A stretch of 64,000 nt of DNA from the human T2T-CHM13v2.0 reference genome, Homo sapiens: the NCBI RefSeq assembly GCF_009914755.1, contig NC_060925.1; one strand, given 5' to 3'. The notes under the pieces were generated by a model that worked only from the letters and a program-made list of their open reading frames with translations, made no database searches and was not told where the DNA came from. Shown here piece after piece: positions 24,984 through 46,833 of the stretch (positions within the stretch are counted from its first letter, which is position 1; the number at the start of each line of letters is the position of its first letter). Both the position numbers and the translations under genes were made by a program.

Positions 24984-26444
24984 TGCCTTATTGCATTTTA
25001 AAAATATATCCCCAAAAAACATTTTGGCAGGGAATGGGTGGCTTTCAGTTTCCAAACTTCTTGGTGACTCATGGAATCCCCTTTCTTTTCCTTAGATACA
25101 GGAAGGGAATTTCTAGAGGGGGAGGGAGCTGGAAAGCTGTGAATATTTTTTAACTACACCTTTGTTTTCTCAGCTATGTAATGTGTTTATTATCGTAAAA
25201 ATTATGTATTGCTAGGTTCTACGATATAAGCTCAGAGCCAGTGCCTGTCTTCTATGATATTAAAATTTAAGATAGGTGTACTTATGAAGACCCAATCTGC
25301 AATGACAGAAAACCAAAACAACAATAGGTGAAGTAGGAGTAGGGTGTTTTCATTGAAAAACATAAGTACATTTTAGAGTTCAGAATGAAGGAAAACTTGG
25401 GGAAAAAAAGTTGAATTTCATTGTCCAGGTGAAGTGTTCAGCTAGGAGGTTTCCTAAAGGAAAGAGTATTATAGGATCTATTAGAATAAAATTAATTCTT
25501 TACATTCTATTGTATAGCTTGTTGGGAAGGGAAGAGATCCTTTTGATGGGGGAAAGTCAAGAGCTTTTATGGCCCCAGAGAGGTGAGAGAAGATGGTTAA
25601 TTAAACAGTTTTCTTTCACTTCTGCAAATCATAGCATCACCAGATGTTTGGGGTGCAGGTGGGCTAGCTAGCAAGATGCTGACTACCGGAGGTGATTGCT
25701 GCTGTGTGCCTCATACCTGAGACTTTGCGCACTTGAAGTTTAATTGTCACATTACCAATCTGCAGCTGAGGGGGCCCTTGCAGATCTGAGAAATGAGATG
25801 TCATCAATGCTGGTTTCTGCAGAACACTGAGCCTGGCAGTCAGGCAGGAGGGGAAGTCATGCAGAGGGGGCTGCTGCAGGAAATATGCCCACCTGGGCAA
25901 GTGGCATCTTGTGTCCCCATACCCATCAGAACCTACATCTTTCTGTAGAACAGGAAGCACAAGATTGATACCAGCTACTCAAACTGCAAACCATGCCATA
26001 GCTAAAAGTGTGACCTCAATTATCCTGGATCAAGAAAATAACAGGTGGCCAACCCTAAAGTCTGTCCATAACAAGGGGAAAAGTCCTTGGGACCTGACTC
26101 AGGTCTGGGGCTGTAGGAATCTTTTCTGGACACTCCCCTTTGACTTGAATGCTTTTCCACTCATTGAACAGTTTATTTATGAACCCTATAATAAGAACGA
26201 ATAAGAAACATTTACCAAATACCAGCAACATATTGCAATATTATGCTAGAACTTACGGGTGATACAAACAAATTATGAAACCTGTACTTTTCTAAGTTAT
26301 ACTTTCCAAAATGCTTTCATATTCTTGCAAGATTTTATCCTTATAACCTCTGCTTATCCTTTCCAGGAAGTCTTCGTCCACTAACCTTACCTTGTTATTT
26401 ATATATCAGTTTTTTCTTTTTTTGTAGAGATGGGGTTTCGCCAT

Positions 26445-26630
26445 GTTGCTCCTAATGACTAATGAAGCCAATCATCTTCTCTTGTGCTTACTTGCTGTCT
26501 GTTTATCTTTTCTGGTGAAATGTCTCTTTAAGTTTTTTGCCCATTTTCTTGATTGGGTTGGTGTTATTTTATTATTGAGTTTTGAGAGTTGTTTATATAT
26601 TTGGGATACAACTTCTTTGTCAGATATGTG
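26445..26630 (-). mobile_element. L1 ORF2 fragment
   Basis: CTAATGACTAATGAAG...CATCTTCTCTTGTGC...GTGAAATGTCTCTTTAAG...TTGAGTTTTGAGAGTTG. Confidence 0.75.
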
Positions 26631-26736
26631 GGTTTTTTTAGATTAAACAAAAACCTCAACCTGGCTTAAATGATAAAAATTTACTGGCTTACATTATAGT
26701 GAGACCTGGGCAGACTCCGAGATTGGTGTAGTTCAG

Positions 26737-27031
26737 TTTTTCTTTTTTTTGAGACGGGGTCTCACTCTGTCACCCATGTTGGAGTGCAGTGGCACGATCT
26801 CGGCCCACTGCAACCTATGCCTCCTGGATTCAAGTAATTCTCCTGCCTCAGCCTCCTGAATAGCTGGGACTACAGGTGTGTGCCATCACGCCCAGCTAAT
26901 CTTTTGTATTTTTAGTAAAGACAGGGTTTCACCATGTTAGCCACGATGGTCTTGATCTCCTGACCTCATGATCCGCCTGCCTCAGCCTCCCAAAGTGCTG
27001 GGATTGCAGGCGTGAGCCACCGTGCCCGGCC
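26737..27031 (-). mobile_element. AluSc-like
   Basis: Alu body. Confidence 0.88.
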
Positions 27032-27203
27032 AGAGTTGTTTTTTACTGTTTTTCCATATCTTTACTCTGCATCTGCTGTCCGAGCTTTATGTGGGGGACA
27101 GCTTTTCCCATGGTGAAAAAATTGCTGGCCTCACATCCCTAAACCACTTTGTCCAGAAAGAGAGATAGCTGGCAATCAATAGAGCTTAAGAATGAGAGGG
27201 CCG

Positions 27204-27802
<599 letters not shown>

Positions 27803-27810
<8 letters not shown>

Positions 27811-28172
27811 AGGAAGGGAAGGGGAGGGGAGGGGAGGGGGAGGAAGGAAGGAAGGAGGGAGGGAGGGAAGGAGGGAAGGAAGGAAGGAGAGAGAGAGAGA
27901 AAGAAAAGGAAAGAAAGAGAAAAAGAGAGAGGAAAGAAAGAAAGAAAAAGGAAGAAAGAAAGAGAAAGAAAGAAAGAGAAGGAAAGAAAAAGGAAAGGAA
28001 GGAAGGAAGAGAGAGAAAAAGGAAGAAGTGAAGGAAGGGAGAGAAAAAAGAAAGGAAAGGAAGAAAGGAAGGAAGAGAGAGAAAGAAGAAAGAAAGAAAA
28101 GAAAAAGAAAGGAAGAAAGGAAGGAAGGAAGAGAGAGAAAGAAAGAAAGTGAGAGAAAGAGAGAAAGAAAGA
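27803..28172 (+). repeat. ~370-bp polypurine (GGAA/GAAA/GA) low-complexity tract grown from an Alu tail
   Basis: Almost exclusively A/G (two T residues). Confidence 0.95.
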
Positions 28173-29029
28173 ATATTTTACAACAACCCTAGCCTCCCTA
28201 ACATCTCACTGGTGTGAATTGGGTCAGATGACCATAGTGAAGCAATGTCCATGGTTAGAGGAATGTCACCTGCTGACTGCGTTAAGCCATGGGGAAGGGA
28301 TAATTATACTTTAAGGCGGCCAAACATTTTTTTTTATTACCTTTCCGTTTGAGGTTGTTTTCTGCCCACAGCAGAAGCCAGATGTTCACTGTCTCAGTCT
28401 GTGTTGAGACAGACTCTCATGCATAGCTATGGCACGTGCATGAAAGCAAGCTCACCAATCAGATGCTTCCCGTGAGATTTTGATTAGGAAGAGAGCAGGA
28501 TGAGGAAGCTGGATCAATGTTTCTTACCAGGATGGCAGCAGAGGTCCAATCATTTATTTGTTAAGCAGATTGGACCCTGTTGAAGCCATCCCACATAAAA
28601 TTCAGTCAGCATGGCCCTTGACACACATCACTACAAAACTAGGATCTCTATAGTTTCTTCTACTTCTACCCCACTTATTTCAAACTCGGAGATGTGTGAG
28701 GGTTGGAATGACCTTATTTCTGAAAGCTGTGTCTGGTAAAAGGTCTGATAGACCTTATTTCTGAGAGCGGTGTCTAGAAGACCTAGGTCAGTTAGAGGAA
28801 GCCCATGGGTGCAAGGGGCTTCCGTAGCTCTCCCTTTTAAGTATTTTGCATAGAATTTACAGTTTCACATAGGAAAGTTCTACGTCAAATGGTATAGTGG
28901 GAGAACACTGGGGAAAAGGGAGATGTTACTTTATTAATTTTAAATAAACCAATGTGATTGGAGGATACAGAATTGAGGTAAGAGTATGGTTAAACAAGAG
29001 GGATAGACAGGGGACAGAACATGTTAGGG

Positions 29030-29637
<608 letters not shown>

Positions 29638-30419
29638 TCATGTTAGATTTTATAAGTCATAGACCTCATCCAAGTTTATGAGTTGGGCACTTGGATGTGA
29701 GTACTGGGTTTACTGCAATGGGGAGCCCTAGAGGCAGAGGATTTGAGGAAAGATGATACTAACTTTGAAGTGCCTTTGAGATATCCTATCAGTGAGGCAG
29801 TTGGATATATGGATCTAGGAGCTCAGGAGATATAGAGTCATAGGCAAATTGTTAACATGGAAGGGCATAGGGTGGGAGTTTCCTGGGGCCTTACCCTGGC
29901 TCGGTTCATACATGCTGTATGACAGTGCACTGCAAATTTTTCTTTGTAATGGGCAGACCTCTTGGCTACAAGAGACAGAAACTGTTTAACCAGCTTGGGT
30001 CAAGGAAGAATTGATGAACCAAATCATAGGAAGGGCAGAAATGCAGCTGGCCCCAAGGAACAATTGGAAAGACAGACTTTCTATAGCCCTTGTCTTTTCT
30101 TCTCTTTTCCTCATGTACCATTAAAGCTTCCTGGCTTCCTCCATATGGAAATAAGGAGACACAATTATAGACAGACACAATTGCCGGCTGATTGTGCAGG
30201 TAATCAGAGAGAGGCTGACTCTCTTCGCGGTCCCAGTTTGAAAATTGTGGGCAAGGAATTATTGGCCTGGCCTGGGTCAGGCCTCCCCTTGAAATAATTA
30301 CCTGTGGTGGTGGTATTAGAGTGGTGGTCATGTTTGCACATGGCAGAGTAGAAATTAAGCATTCTGTGTCATGATATTGGCCTGGCTGCTGTGATGGAGA
30401 TCCAAAATAACAATGGGTT

Positions 30420-30720
<301 letters not shown>

Positions 30721-30847
30721 GAACATAGCAAATCGAAATAAAAACCACAGTAGGTTAAAAAAGACAGGGGTTCATTTTTCTCATGTAAATGCCTAGACAT
30801 AAATACAATACTGAAAATATATTTAACAGGACTGCTATGGGTCAAAC

Positions 30848-31150
30848 CAGGAGTGGATCCAGATTTTCTGGGGCTGAATACAATTTTTGGAGCCCTCTTT
30901 AAGGAAAATAGTATGAAGTTTCCAGTACAAAATTGATACAAAAGTAAATACTTGCTAAAGATGAGAAAAGAAATCACAACAAATTACTGGAGATTTGAAG
31001 TTTCAGGTCCCTTTCTTCTGAGATCTCTTTAGCCAATTTACCAGACACACTTCCTAAACACAATCTGTTCCCCTCCATCTAGAACACTCCGCAACTTCCA
31101 GTGATTGGAGGCTCTGAAGCTTCATTAGCTTCATGGTACACCTGCCTTTG
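30848..31150 (+). mobile_element. MER96B-like hAT MITE
   Basis: 5' CAGGAGTGGATCCAGATTTTCTGGGGCTGAA...GCCCTCTTTAAGG; 3' AAGCTTCATTAGCTTCATGGTACACCTGCCTTTG. Confidence 0.65.
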
Positions 31151-31459
31151 CGCTGTGTAAAAATGACACATAAAGAGAGAACAGATACACAAGTGGCTAT
31201 TAGCCCCTTTCACTTTCTCATTACGCATAACCCCAAAGGGTATTCTTAGGATTTGTAGGTAAGGGTTTGAGAAGGAATATGTCGGCTTAAATATGGAGAG
31301 AAACTTTTAAATGCAGTCAATAGATATGATGGACTGCATTAAAATATGTTGAATTCCTTGTCCCTGGAGGGGACTGGACTGATAACGATGGGTGGAGCTG
31401 TCTTAATGAAGACTTGAGCAACAGATTGGGTAGGGCTTATTTAGATAGATGAATTCTGA

Positions 31460-31680
31460 GGTAATAGAGTGAAATGTAAAGAATCTGGACTTCTAAGTAG
31501 AAAAGATCTGGGTTTTTGTCCCCACTCCACATCTAGCTGGAAGGATGACATTGGGCAAGAGGTTTTATCTCTCTGAACTTGGACTTCCTCATCTGGAAAA
31601 TGGGGATAATAAGACAATTTAGGTTTCTGTACAGATTAAATGTGGATGAATTTTAAACACCCAGGTACATAATAATACAA
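31460..31680 (+). mobile_element. MIR
   Basis: Core TTGGGCAAG...CTCTCTGAACTTGGACTTCCTCATCTGGAAAATGGGGATAATAA. Confidence 0.8.
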
Positions 31681-32104
31681 GTGATTTCCCTCTCTCCAGA
31701 TCCTTTGCAGTATCAAGATTCTATGATTTTATGTGGGATCTGAGATGCGTCTTGAAATCTAAATAGGACTTAGGTGAGCACATAGGGAGATAGGCATTCT
31801 AGACAGAGGACTTTGATTTTAAGGTGATATATTTCTAGATTTTGTCTGTTTCACATCCCTTCTCTTTTTTCAATGACAGTCAAGTAATTTGGAGACAATT
31901 TATAAATCACAAAACAATCCCCTTATCACCCAACTTCTCATTGTGTGGCTATATAATCCATATCTTGAATGGCAGAAGTAAGTCTTCAAGTAATTCCTTT
32001 TAAAAGGGCAGTAGGTATTCTATTTACTGAGCTCTTGCATATCTGAGAATGCTTTTCTGTTGTCTTCACCCAGGCATATTCGTTTGGTCAGATATAAAAT
32101 ACTT

Positions 32105-33512
<1,408 letters not shown>

Positions 33513-33788
33513 AGGACATGTCTTTTGCTGATTTATGGCTAAGTCATATAAATTTTCCCTAAAAGTTCTGTATCTATTGTTCCCTTGGTTTCTTATATTT
33601 AGTATTACAAAAAAGATTAAAATCAAACATAATTTGTTTTCTTTATAGCTCACCTGTTTAGGTACTTAGGTCATTTTTCTTTATTTTTGTAATTAACAAT
33701 CTTTGCCAGAGTATGTCTATATGGGTCTATTTGACTTTTCTTCAATATGATGATCACTTTTGGTTTTAATGCTTTTACCCAGCTCTAA

Positions 33789-34115
<327 letters not shown>

Positions 34116-35955
34116 TGACTTTTTTCCCCCCATTTTTCATCCCTCTCTTAGGAACAGCTGTAATTCTTGAGTTATTAATGAATTTGTTTTGTCTGCTATT
34201 GCTACCATCTTTTTCTCTTTATTTCATCCTTTCTCATCTTTTTCCCACAGTTTAGGAGATTTCCTCGTTTTGCCTCCTACATCATTCATTGATTGCATTT
34301 TCTGTGATGTCCACGCTCTGCTTTACTGTCTTTGCATCTTTTGGTTGTAATGGCTATTTTGATTTCCTTGCAGTTCCCCCATATCGTACCTAACTCCCTT
34401 TTCGTTTCTCTTGTGCTGTTTGTATTTTATTCTGCTGTCCTTTTATCTCTCTTATTCCCTCTTTATAACTTTTTGCTCCCTGTTTGTGGAGGACATGACC
34501 TCTTACCTCCTAGTGATTATCAAACCCAGTAGAAAATATAGATTTTCTTTGACTCAATCACTGCTAATTTTTGGACTACCTGAGCACCTTGTTGGAGCTC
34601 TAGCTGTTTGACAAGTTGTGTGCAGAGCTACTAACCCTGTTCTCTAGGTCTGTTACATATTCCCCTAGAGCAGTTTTGACACACTAAGATGAGATCTTCT
34701 AACTTCCAATGCATGGTTTTCTGAACCAATAGGTTTGGGGAGAATGTATCTTTCTATCACTTGGTGAATTGGGGGAGCTTCATTAGCATAACTTTCCTGT
34801 CTTCTCTCTACTTCCCCACTCTTAGCTTCCTGGGGAGAGGAGTAAGGGTTACCTGAGTGGTGAGTTTAAGAAAATGGGCCTGGGTAACCTAATCTCTTCC
34901 TCCAGGAAGCTGGTTTGCCTGTAGAAAGTAGAATCTTCTGATAGTTATCATCCGTGAAGGAAGATATCCAGAGGCAAACGTTGCCTCTATAGTACGGAGG
35001 CTTGCATTTCAGATGTGTAACCTCAAAAACCTCAGCACCTGAAATGTTGGGCTGTGAACCCTGGTAAGTAAATAGGGAGTTAAATTTTGGATGGCAAAAT
35101 GTACACACAAAGGGGCATTGAGTTATGTAAGGTGTGTAGCTTTGAGCTTTAGACTTCAGAGTGTTTAACATGTCTTGACTTTGGCATCTTAAAGAAGTTA
35201 TATTAAGCCAAGTGGGTTTTTACTGTTTTGTAGATAGCTTTTAACTTCTCAGGAGACTTTAAGTCTTAAGCCACCTCATATTTTGACCTTGGCAGGCAGC
35301 TGTAGTTTATGTGAGGACTTTGCAGCTTGTTCTTTTACAAAAAGGCAAAGCTGCACACACTGGGCCTTAGAGAAGATGTGGTCCCTAGCAAAACAGTACA
35401 CCCCTCAAGAAGCCTCTTCATAGGCCTCAAGTGGCTTTGTAGTGCACACCGTGATTTTATGCTGAAGCTTTAACTGTGGCACTGGTCTTACTTCACATGT
35501 GTGAACTTCTTGGAAACTTCAGCAGACACTGGGGGATATAGAGGACTTAGTGAGCAGGCAGAGCTAAGGCAAGAATTCAAATTCTGGGGGAAAACAAACA
35601 ACTATTTCAACATGTAATTATTTTAGGAACTGGTGGGCAAAAAAATGTTTACTGCTGTTAAAATCCAAGCCAGTTGAATCCATGTGAGCTACAAAGCATT
35701 TGTAAGAATTAAGTTTTAAATTATTACTGCCACAAGGAATCTTCTGTTTTATGGTAATGTTCTTTATCTTGATCTATGTGCTGGCGACTTGGATGCATTC
35801 ACTTTGTGAAAATGTGTTGAGCTGTGCACTCGATTTGTGTACCTGTCCATTTGAATGTCTTACTTCTAAAAAAGTTTGTATAAAAAACAATTAGTGCCAA
35901 GCCTATGTAAATAGCATTAGATTCCCTGACCAAAATCCATCCTGTATTTTAATTA

Positions 35956-40900
<4,945 letters not shown>

Positions 40901-41133
40901 TCCTAGCTTGGTATGTGCAGGGATGATTATTGTTAAAGTATCCCCATTGAACTCACTTGTTTAATTTTGGATTTTGGAGAATGATGGTAGGTTATAAAAT
41001 TTATCAGGGAAGCACTCCTATTATAGTTATTCTTCCAGATGTAGTATTTCTTTCTCTCTAACATTATATAATATAATCCAAAGAAATTTTGATGGTCCTG
41101 ACATCTTGTGATCATCATAGTAGTCTAAATATA

Positions 41134-41480
41134 GGCTGGGAGTGGTAGCTCATGCCTGTAATCCCAGCACTTTGGGAGGCCGAGATGGGAGGATCACTTC
41201 AGCAGGAGTTCAAGACCAGCTTGAGCACAGGAGTTTGAGACCAGACTGGGCAACATAGGGACACCCTGTCTCTACGGAAAAAAATAATAATAATTAAAAA
41301 ATTAGCCAGGCACAGTGGCCTGTGCCTGTGGCCCCAGCTATTTGGGCAGCCGAAGTGAGAGGATCACCTGAGCCTAGCAGATCCAGGCTGCAGTGAGCCA
41401 TGATGGCACCACTGCACTCCAGCCCGGGTGACAGAATGATACCTTGTCTGTAAAAAATAAATAAACAAAATAAATAAATA
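41134..41480 (+). mobile_element. AluJ with a small internal duplication
   Basis: Alu body; CAGGAGTT(C/T)(A/G)AGACCAG occurs twice. Confidence 0.85.
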
Positions 41481-42109
41481 GATATAGTATGCTGTTTGCA
41501 CCTATTCAGCTAGAAGTACCAAGTACTTAAATGCTTTTAGAGAGACTTTCACTTCTGAACATGGAAGTATAACAAAGACCACATTTACCCTCCCACCTTC
41601 AACAACTAAAAACACAGACAAAAGACAAGAAACAATAGTTTTTCTAAAATGGACAACAGCCATGCAAAAAAATGTTGGTCCCTTTGAGTGAAAAAATGTG
41701 AAAAATGGCTTACCCAGCCTCATAGCTGGAGGTGTTTTCTAGACCTCCGCACAGTGAGGAGGAGCCCACATGGAGCTCAGGGTCTCCTTGAGTTGAGAAG
41801 CTACAGCTGAGAATTTGAAGAGGTGAAGGCATCTAGAATTCACAGGGCAAACTATTGGAGAGAGCTGCAGAGACCTACAAAGGGTTTCCTTTTAGTCTTC
41901 AGTTGAGTACTGATTAGCACGTGGGTGTGAAAAAACTGACAGGGACCAAAGAAAGAACCACTGGACAGAATCGGGCAGAATGATTATCAGAAATTACACA
42001 AGGTTGAGAATAGTCCATATTCCCCACAATCAAAGTGGAGCAACTTTACAATACACAGGGCTAGGGTAGAGTACTAAGAAGGACTGTCTCAGTAGTGAAG
42101 TCAATTTCA

Positions 42110-42412
<303 letters not shown>

Positions 42413-42949
42413 TCAGTTTGTCATCCAATAAAAAATTATCAAGCATGCAAAAACAGCCCATAATGAGGAGAAAAATAAGTCAGTAGAAACAGACTCAGAA
42501 ATGACACAAATGATTGGCATTAAACTAGCTATCATAGGCCAGGTGAGGTGGCTCACATCTGTAATCCCAATGCTTGGGGAGGCTGAGGCTGAAGAATTGC
42601 TTAAGGCCAGGAGTTCAAGACCAGCCTGGGCAACACAGCAAGACCCCATCTCTACAAAAAAATTTTTTTAATTGGCCAGGCATGATGGCATACACCTGTA
42701 ATCTTAGCTGCTTACCTAAGCAGGAGGCTCATGTGAGCCCAGGAGTTTGAGGCTGCAGTGAGCTATGATTACATCACTGCATTCAAGTCTGTACAACAGA
42801 GCAAGACTCTGTCCCTAAAAATATAAAATAACTATCATAAATATATTCCATGTTTTCAAGAAGGAATTAAGAGCATGCTGAAACACATGGAAGGTTTTTT
42901 TAAAAAAAAAAATCCTTATAGAACTTACAGCAATATACTGGATGGGATT

Positions 42950-43649
42950 TGTATTATTAGTCTACTAGGGGTGGCATAACATAATACTATGGACTGAGTG
43001 GCCTAAACAAAAGAAGTTTATATTTATTTATTTATTTTTTTTCTTGAGACAGGATCTCACTCTGTCATCCAGGCTGGAGTGCAGTGGTGCAATCATGGTT
43101 CATGGCAGCCTCGACTTCCTGGGCTCCAGAGATCCTCCCATCTCAGTCTCCTGAGTATCTGGGACCACAAGCACGTGCCATCATGCTTGGCTAATTTTTG
43201 TATTTTTGGTAGAGATGGGGTTTTGCCATGTTGCCCAAGCTGGTCTTGAACTCTTGAGCTCAAGCAATCCACCTGCCTCGGCCTCCCAAAGTGCTGAGAT
43301 TACAGGCATGAGCCACTGCACCTGGCCAGAAGTTTGTTTTCTCACAGTTTTGGATGTTGGAAGTCCAAGATCAAGGTGCCAGGGTTGGTTTATCATGAGG
43401 CTTCTATCCTGGGCTTGTGGACTGCCAACTTCTTGCTGTGTCCTCACATAGTTGTTTATCTGGGTGCACACACACAGAGGTGTCTCCTTCTCTTCTCATA
43501 AGGACATCAGTCCTATTTGATTAGGGTGTACCCTTCTGACTTCTTGCAAACTTCATAGCCTCTATAAAGATCCTTTCTCCAAATACAGTCTCATGGGGAG
43601 TTAGAGCTTCAACATATGGACTTTGGGAGCCACAATTCAGCTTATAGCA
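42950..43649 (-). mobile_element. MLT1A/B-type solo LTR with an AluJ inside (43020-43327)
   Basis: TG...CA termini; 5-bp TSD ggatt (42945-42949, 43650-43654); TCTCACAGTTTTGGA...GAAGTCCAAGATCAAGGTG. Confidence 0.85.
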
Positions 43650-43888
43650 GGATTAATAGCCGATTAGACACTACAGAAAAAAAAATGATTGCAGAATTTG
43701 AAGGCATGGGAACTATACAAAGTAAAACATGCAGAAGGAAATAGATCACAGAAAAAGGTACACAGAACATTGGTGAGATGTGTGAAAACTTCAACTGGCC
43801 TAACATGCACATAATTGGAGTCCCAGAAAAAGTGAGGGATAGGCAGAAAAAATATTTGAAAGACTAATAGATAAAAATTTTCTAAATA

Positions 43889-44242
<354 letters not shown>

Positions 44243-45100
44243 TCAACTAACATCAACAAAACTAGCATGCCAGTATGCCATATTCAAATTGCTTAGAACT
44301 ACTTATAAGAAGAAAAATTTTAAACTTAAAATCAGCCAAAGGAAAAAAGAGATCTTATGTACAGAATGTAAAAAATAGCAAAAGATTTTTGCTGCAAGTA
44401 ATGCAAGCCTAGAAGACAGTGAAGCAATATACTTAAAGTACTAGAAGACAATTGTCAATCTAGAATTCTATTCCCAGAGAAAAATTTTCAAAAACATAGG
44501 ACACAAGTTTTTCAGCATGCAAAAGCTGGAAGAATTTAACCAGCACACTTGAACAATAAGAATGTTGAAAGAGGGCAGGAGGCGGGCAGTGCAGAGTGCG
44601 AGGTTGTTTTGTTCGGCTGACGGGAGGGCCCTTGGCCAGGACCTGCAGTAGGCCACTTCAGGGAGGGGCTCCACTGTGGCCACCCAGCTTGCTGCTTTCC
44701 TGGGTGCCACTCCCTCTGCCGACCCAATGCAATGGGCCAGTAGCATGGCACTGATTCCTCTTGGACTCTTGGGCACTGCTCTGAGTAGTGTCACCCTTTA
44801 CACCAGAAAGCTAGCAGGCACTATGAGGAAAAAACAAAACAAGAAGAAAGTGGAGGAGGCTCTAGAAGTGGAGGAAGAGAAATATGTGGTGGAAAAAGTT
44901 CTTGACTGTGGAGGGGTAAAGGGCAAAGTGGAGTAGCTCCTAAAGTGGAAGGGGTTCTCAATGAGGACCACACATGGGAACCAGAAGAGAACCTGGATTG
45001 CCCTGACCTCATTGCTGAGTTTCTGCAGTCATAGAAAACAACACATGAGACAGATAAATCAGAGGGAGGCAAGCGCAAAGCTGATGATTTGAAGATAAGG

Positions 45101-45648
45101 TGTTGCGGGAATTAAAGGGACAGGAGAGACCAATGGGTGGCTCAGGAGGATTTATGTAGGTGCTCCGGCTCAGCAGATTAACCTCCAAAGGTTGAGCCCC
45201 AAACAAAGACAGGGCTTGACTTTTATACATGCAACCAAAAGGGGTTGGCCAGCTAGTGGTGCAAAACCTGCAGGGTGGCAAGCAAGCTTACAGAAGCAGA
45301 ACAAAGGCAGTTTATCAAACAGAGACAGGTGTTGCAACTCAGGCACGTCTTGTGACCTTTACCATACTGCACAGATGGGAAAACAGGAACTTACAAAATC
45401 CTTACCAACTTGCAGAAATAGTTACAAAGATAGTTAGGAGAGCAGAACAAAGAATAATGGTATGGGGAGATAATTTTAAAAAGGGGAAACTGATAAGAAC
45501 TTGTTTTTCTCATCCCTGCTCCTGGAGCCCATTCCTTCTGGGCCCCGGCTCTGCTGATAGCACTATGAGAGCCCTCACAGAGCCTTGCTTATTGCTGGGC
45601 CTTGGAGTGAGTCAGCCTGTACAGAAAACTTGTTTTCTTCTCTCTCTC

Positions 45649-45679
<31 letters not shown>

Positions 45680-45693
45680 CATCTCCTGCTTCA
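45101..45693 (-). mobile_element. ERV3/HERV-R-like solo LTR (LTR4/LTR76 class) inside the CBX1 pseudogene hinge region
   Basis: TG...CA termini; 4-bp TSD aagg / tagg restores CBX1 GATAAGG-GAGAGG; minus strand reads CTGACTCACTCCAA...GAATGGGCTCCAGGAGCAGGGATGAGAAAAACAAGTTC, as I recall for the ERV3 LTR. Confidence 0.8.
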
Positions 45694-45747
45694 TAGGGAG
45701 AGGAGGGCAAACCAAAGAAGAAGAAAGAAGAGTCAGAAAAGCCATGA

Positions 45748-45960
<213 letters not shown>

Positions 45961-46595
45961 TGACTCTCCTGAGTACCAGCCCCTGTCACATCTGAATGTG
46001 GGTTTCCAGTGGGAAGGGAAGGAGTTCTACTTGTCTTGACAGCATAGAGGTGGCTTGAGAAGATGTCCTTTGAAGAGCCAGTATAGTTTCTGTGCCCTGC
46101 AGCAGCCCAAGTGCTTTAAAGCCATTCCAAGCTCTAGAATTTGCACACCCATCCCAGTGGAGGGGAAGGGGGATAAGTGTTTCAAGGCAACCTTTTCTTC
46201 ATTTTGCTGAGAAAAGCAAAGGGCCTTCTATGAAGGACAAAACTTGCAGAGTTGGGTGTGTGGGAGAGCAAACAAAAATACTGTAGATCTTCAAAGAGCA
46301 TCTCCACAACACACAGCCTACCTCCCAATAGTGTCAACTGCATTTTTACAGCATAGCATGTGTGTAGTTTTTGGCTATTACTGGTGTATTATTTGGGGAG
46401 GGAGGGATGGAGAGAGGAGGAAGGGAGATGGGTAGCATCATTTTGATTAAAATTTGGGGCTTGATAGGGGAAATGGTGAAGCAATGGAAAGAACAGACAA
46501 CTAATGATTTCCTTCTATGTCTAGAATATTTTACCTTTGAAAGAAATGTCATTAGCATCATAAATAAGGACTATAATTAAAAGCTGTGAATGCCT

Positions 46596-46833
46596 AGGCC
46601 CAGGGCGGGTCACCAGGCAGGGGGCTGGAGCGTGACCCGCAGCCTGCAGGACCTCATGCCACCCGAAGGGCTGAGCCTGACCCCATGAGGGTGTCCTGTC
46701 CCCTGACAGGGCCAGTGCAGTTTGGTGTGTTCCTCCGCCTCACCAGAAGACCCTGAAGAATTATTTTTCATTATTGATTTTCCAATCATTTGACTAATAG
46801 TCTCTATTTAAATAAAGTTTTTAAAATGAAAAA
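46596..46833 (+). pseudogene. 5'-truncated retrocopy of an unidentified mRNA 3' UTR nested in the CBX1 pseudogene 3' UTR
   Basis: GC-rich non-repeat sequence; AATAAA at 46811; short A tail; TSD aaaagctgtgaatgcct (46579-46595) / aaaagccatgaatgtct (46834-46850). Confidence 0.8.

Noticed and set aside
35310-35525. Short hairpins (tgcagctt...aagctgca; gctgaag...cttcagc) suggesting a snoRNA or miRNA
   Set aside because: Stems are only 7-8 bp with poor inner pairing, and I recognise no RNA family.
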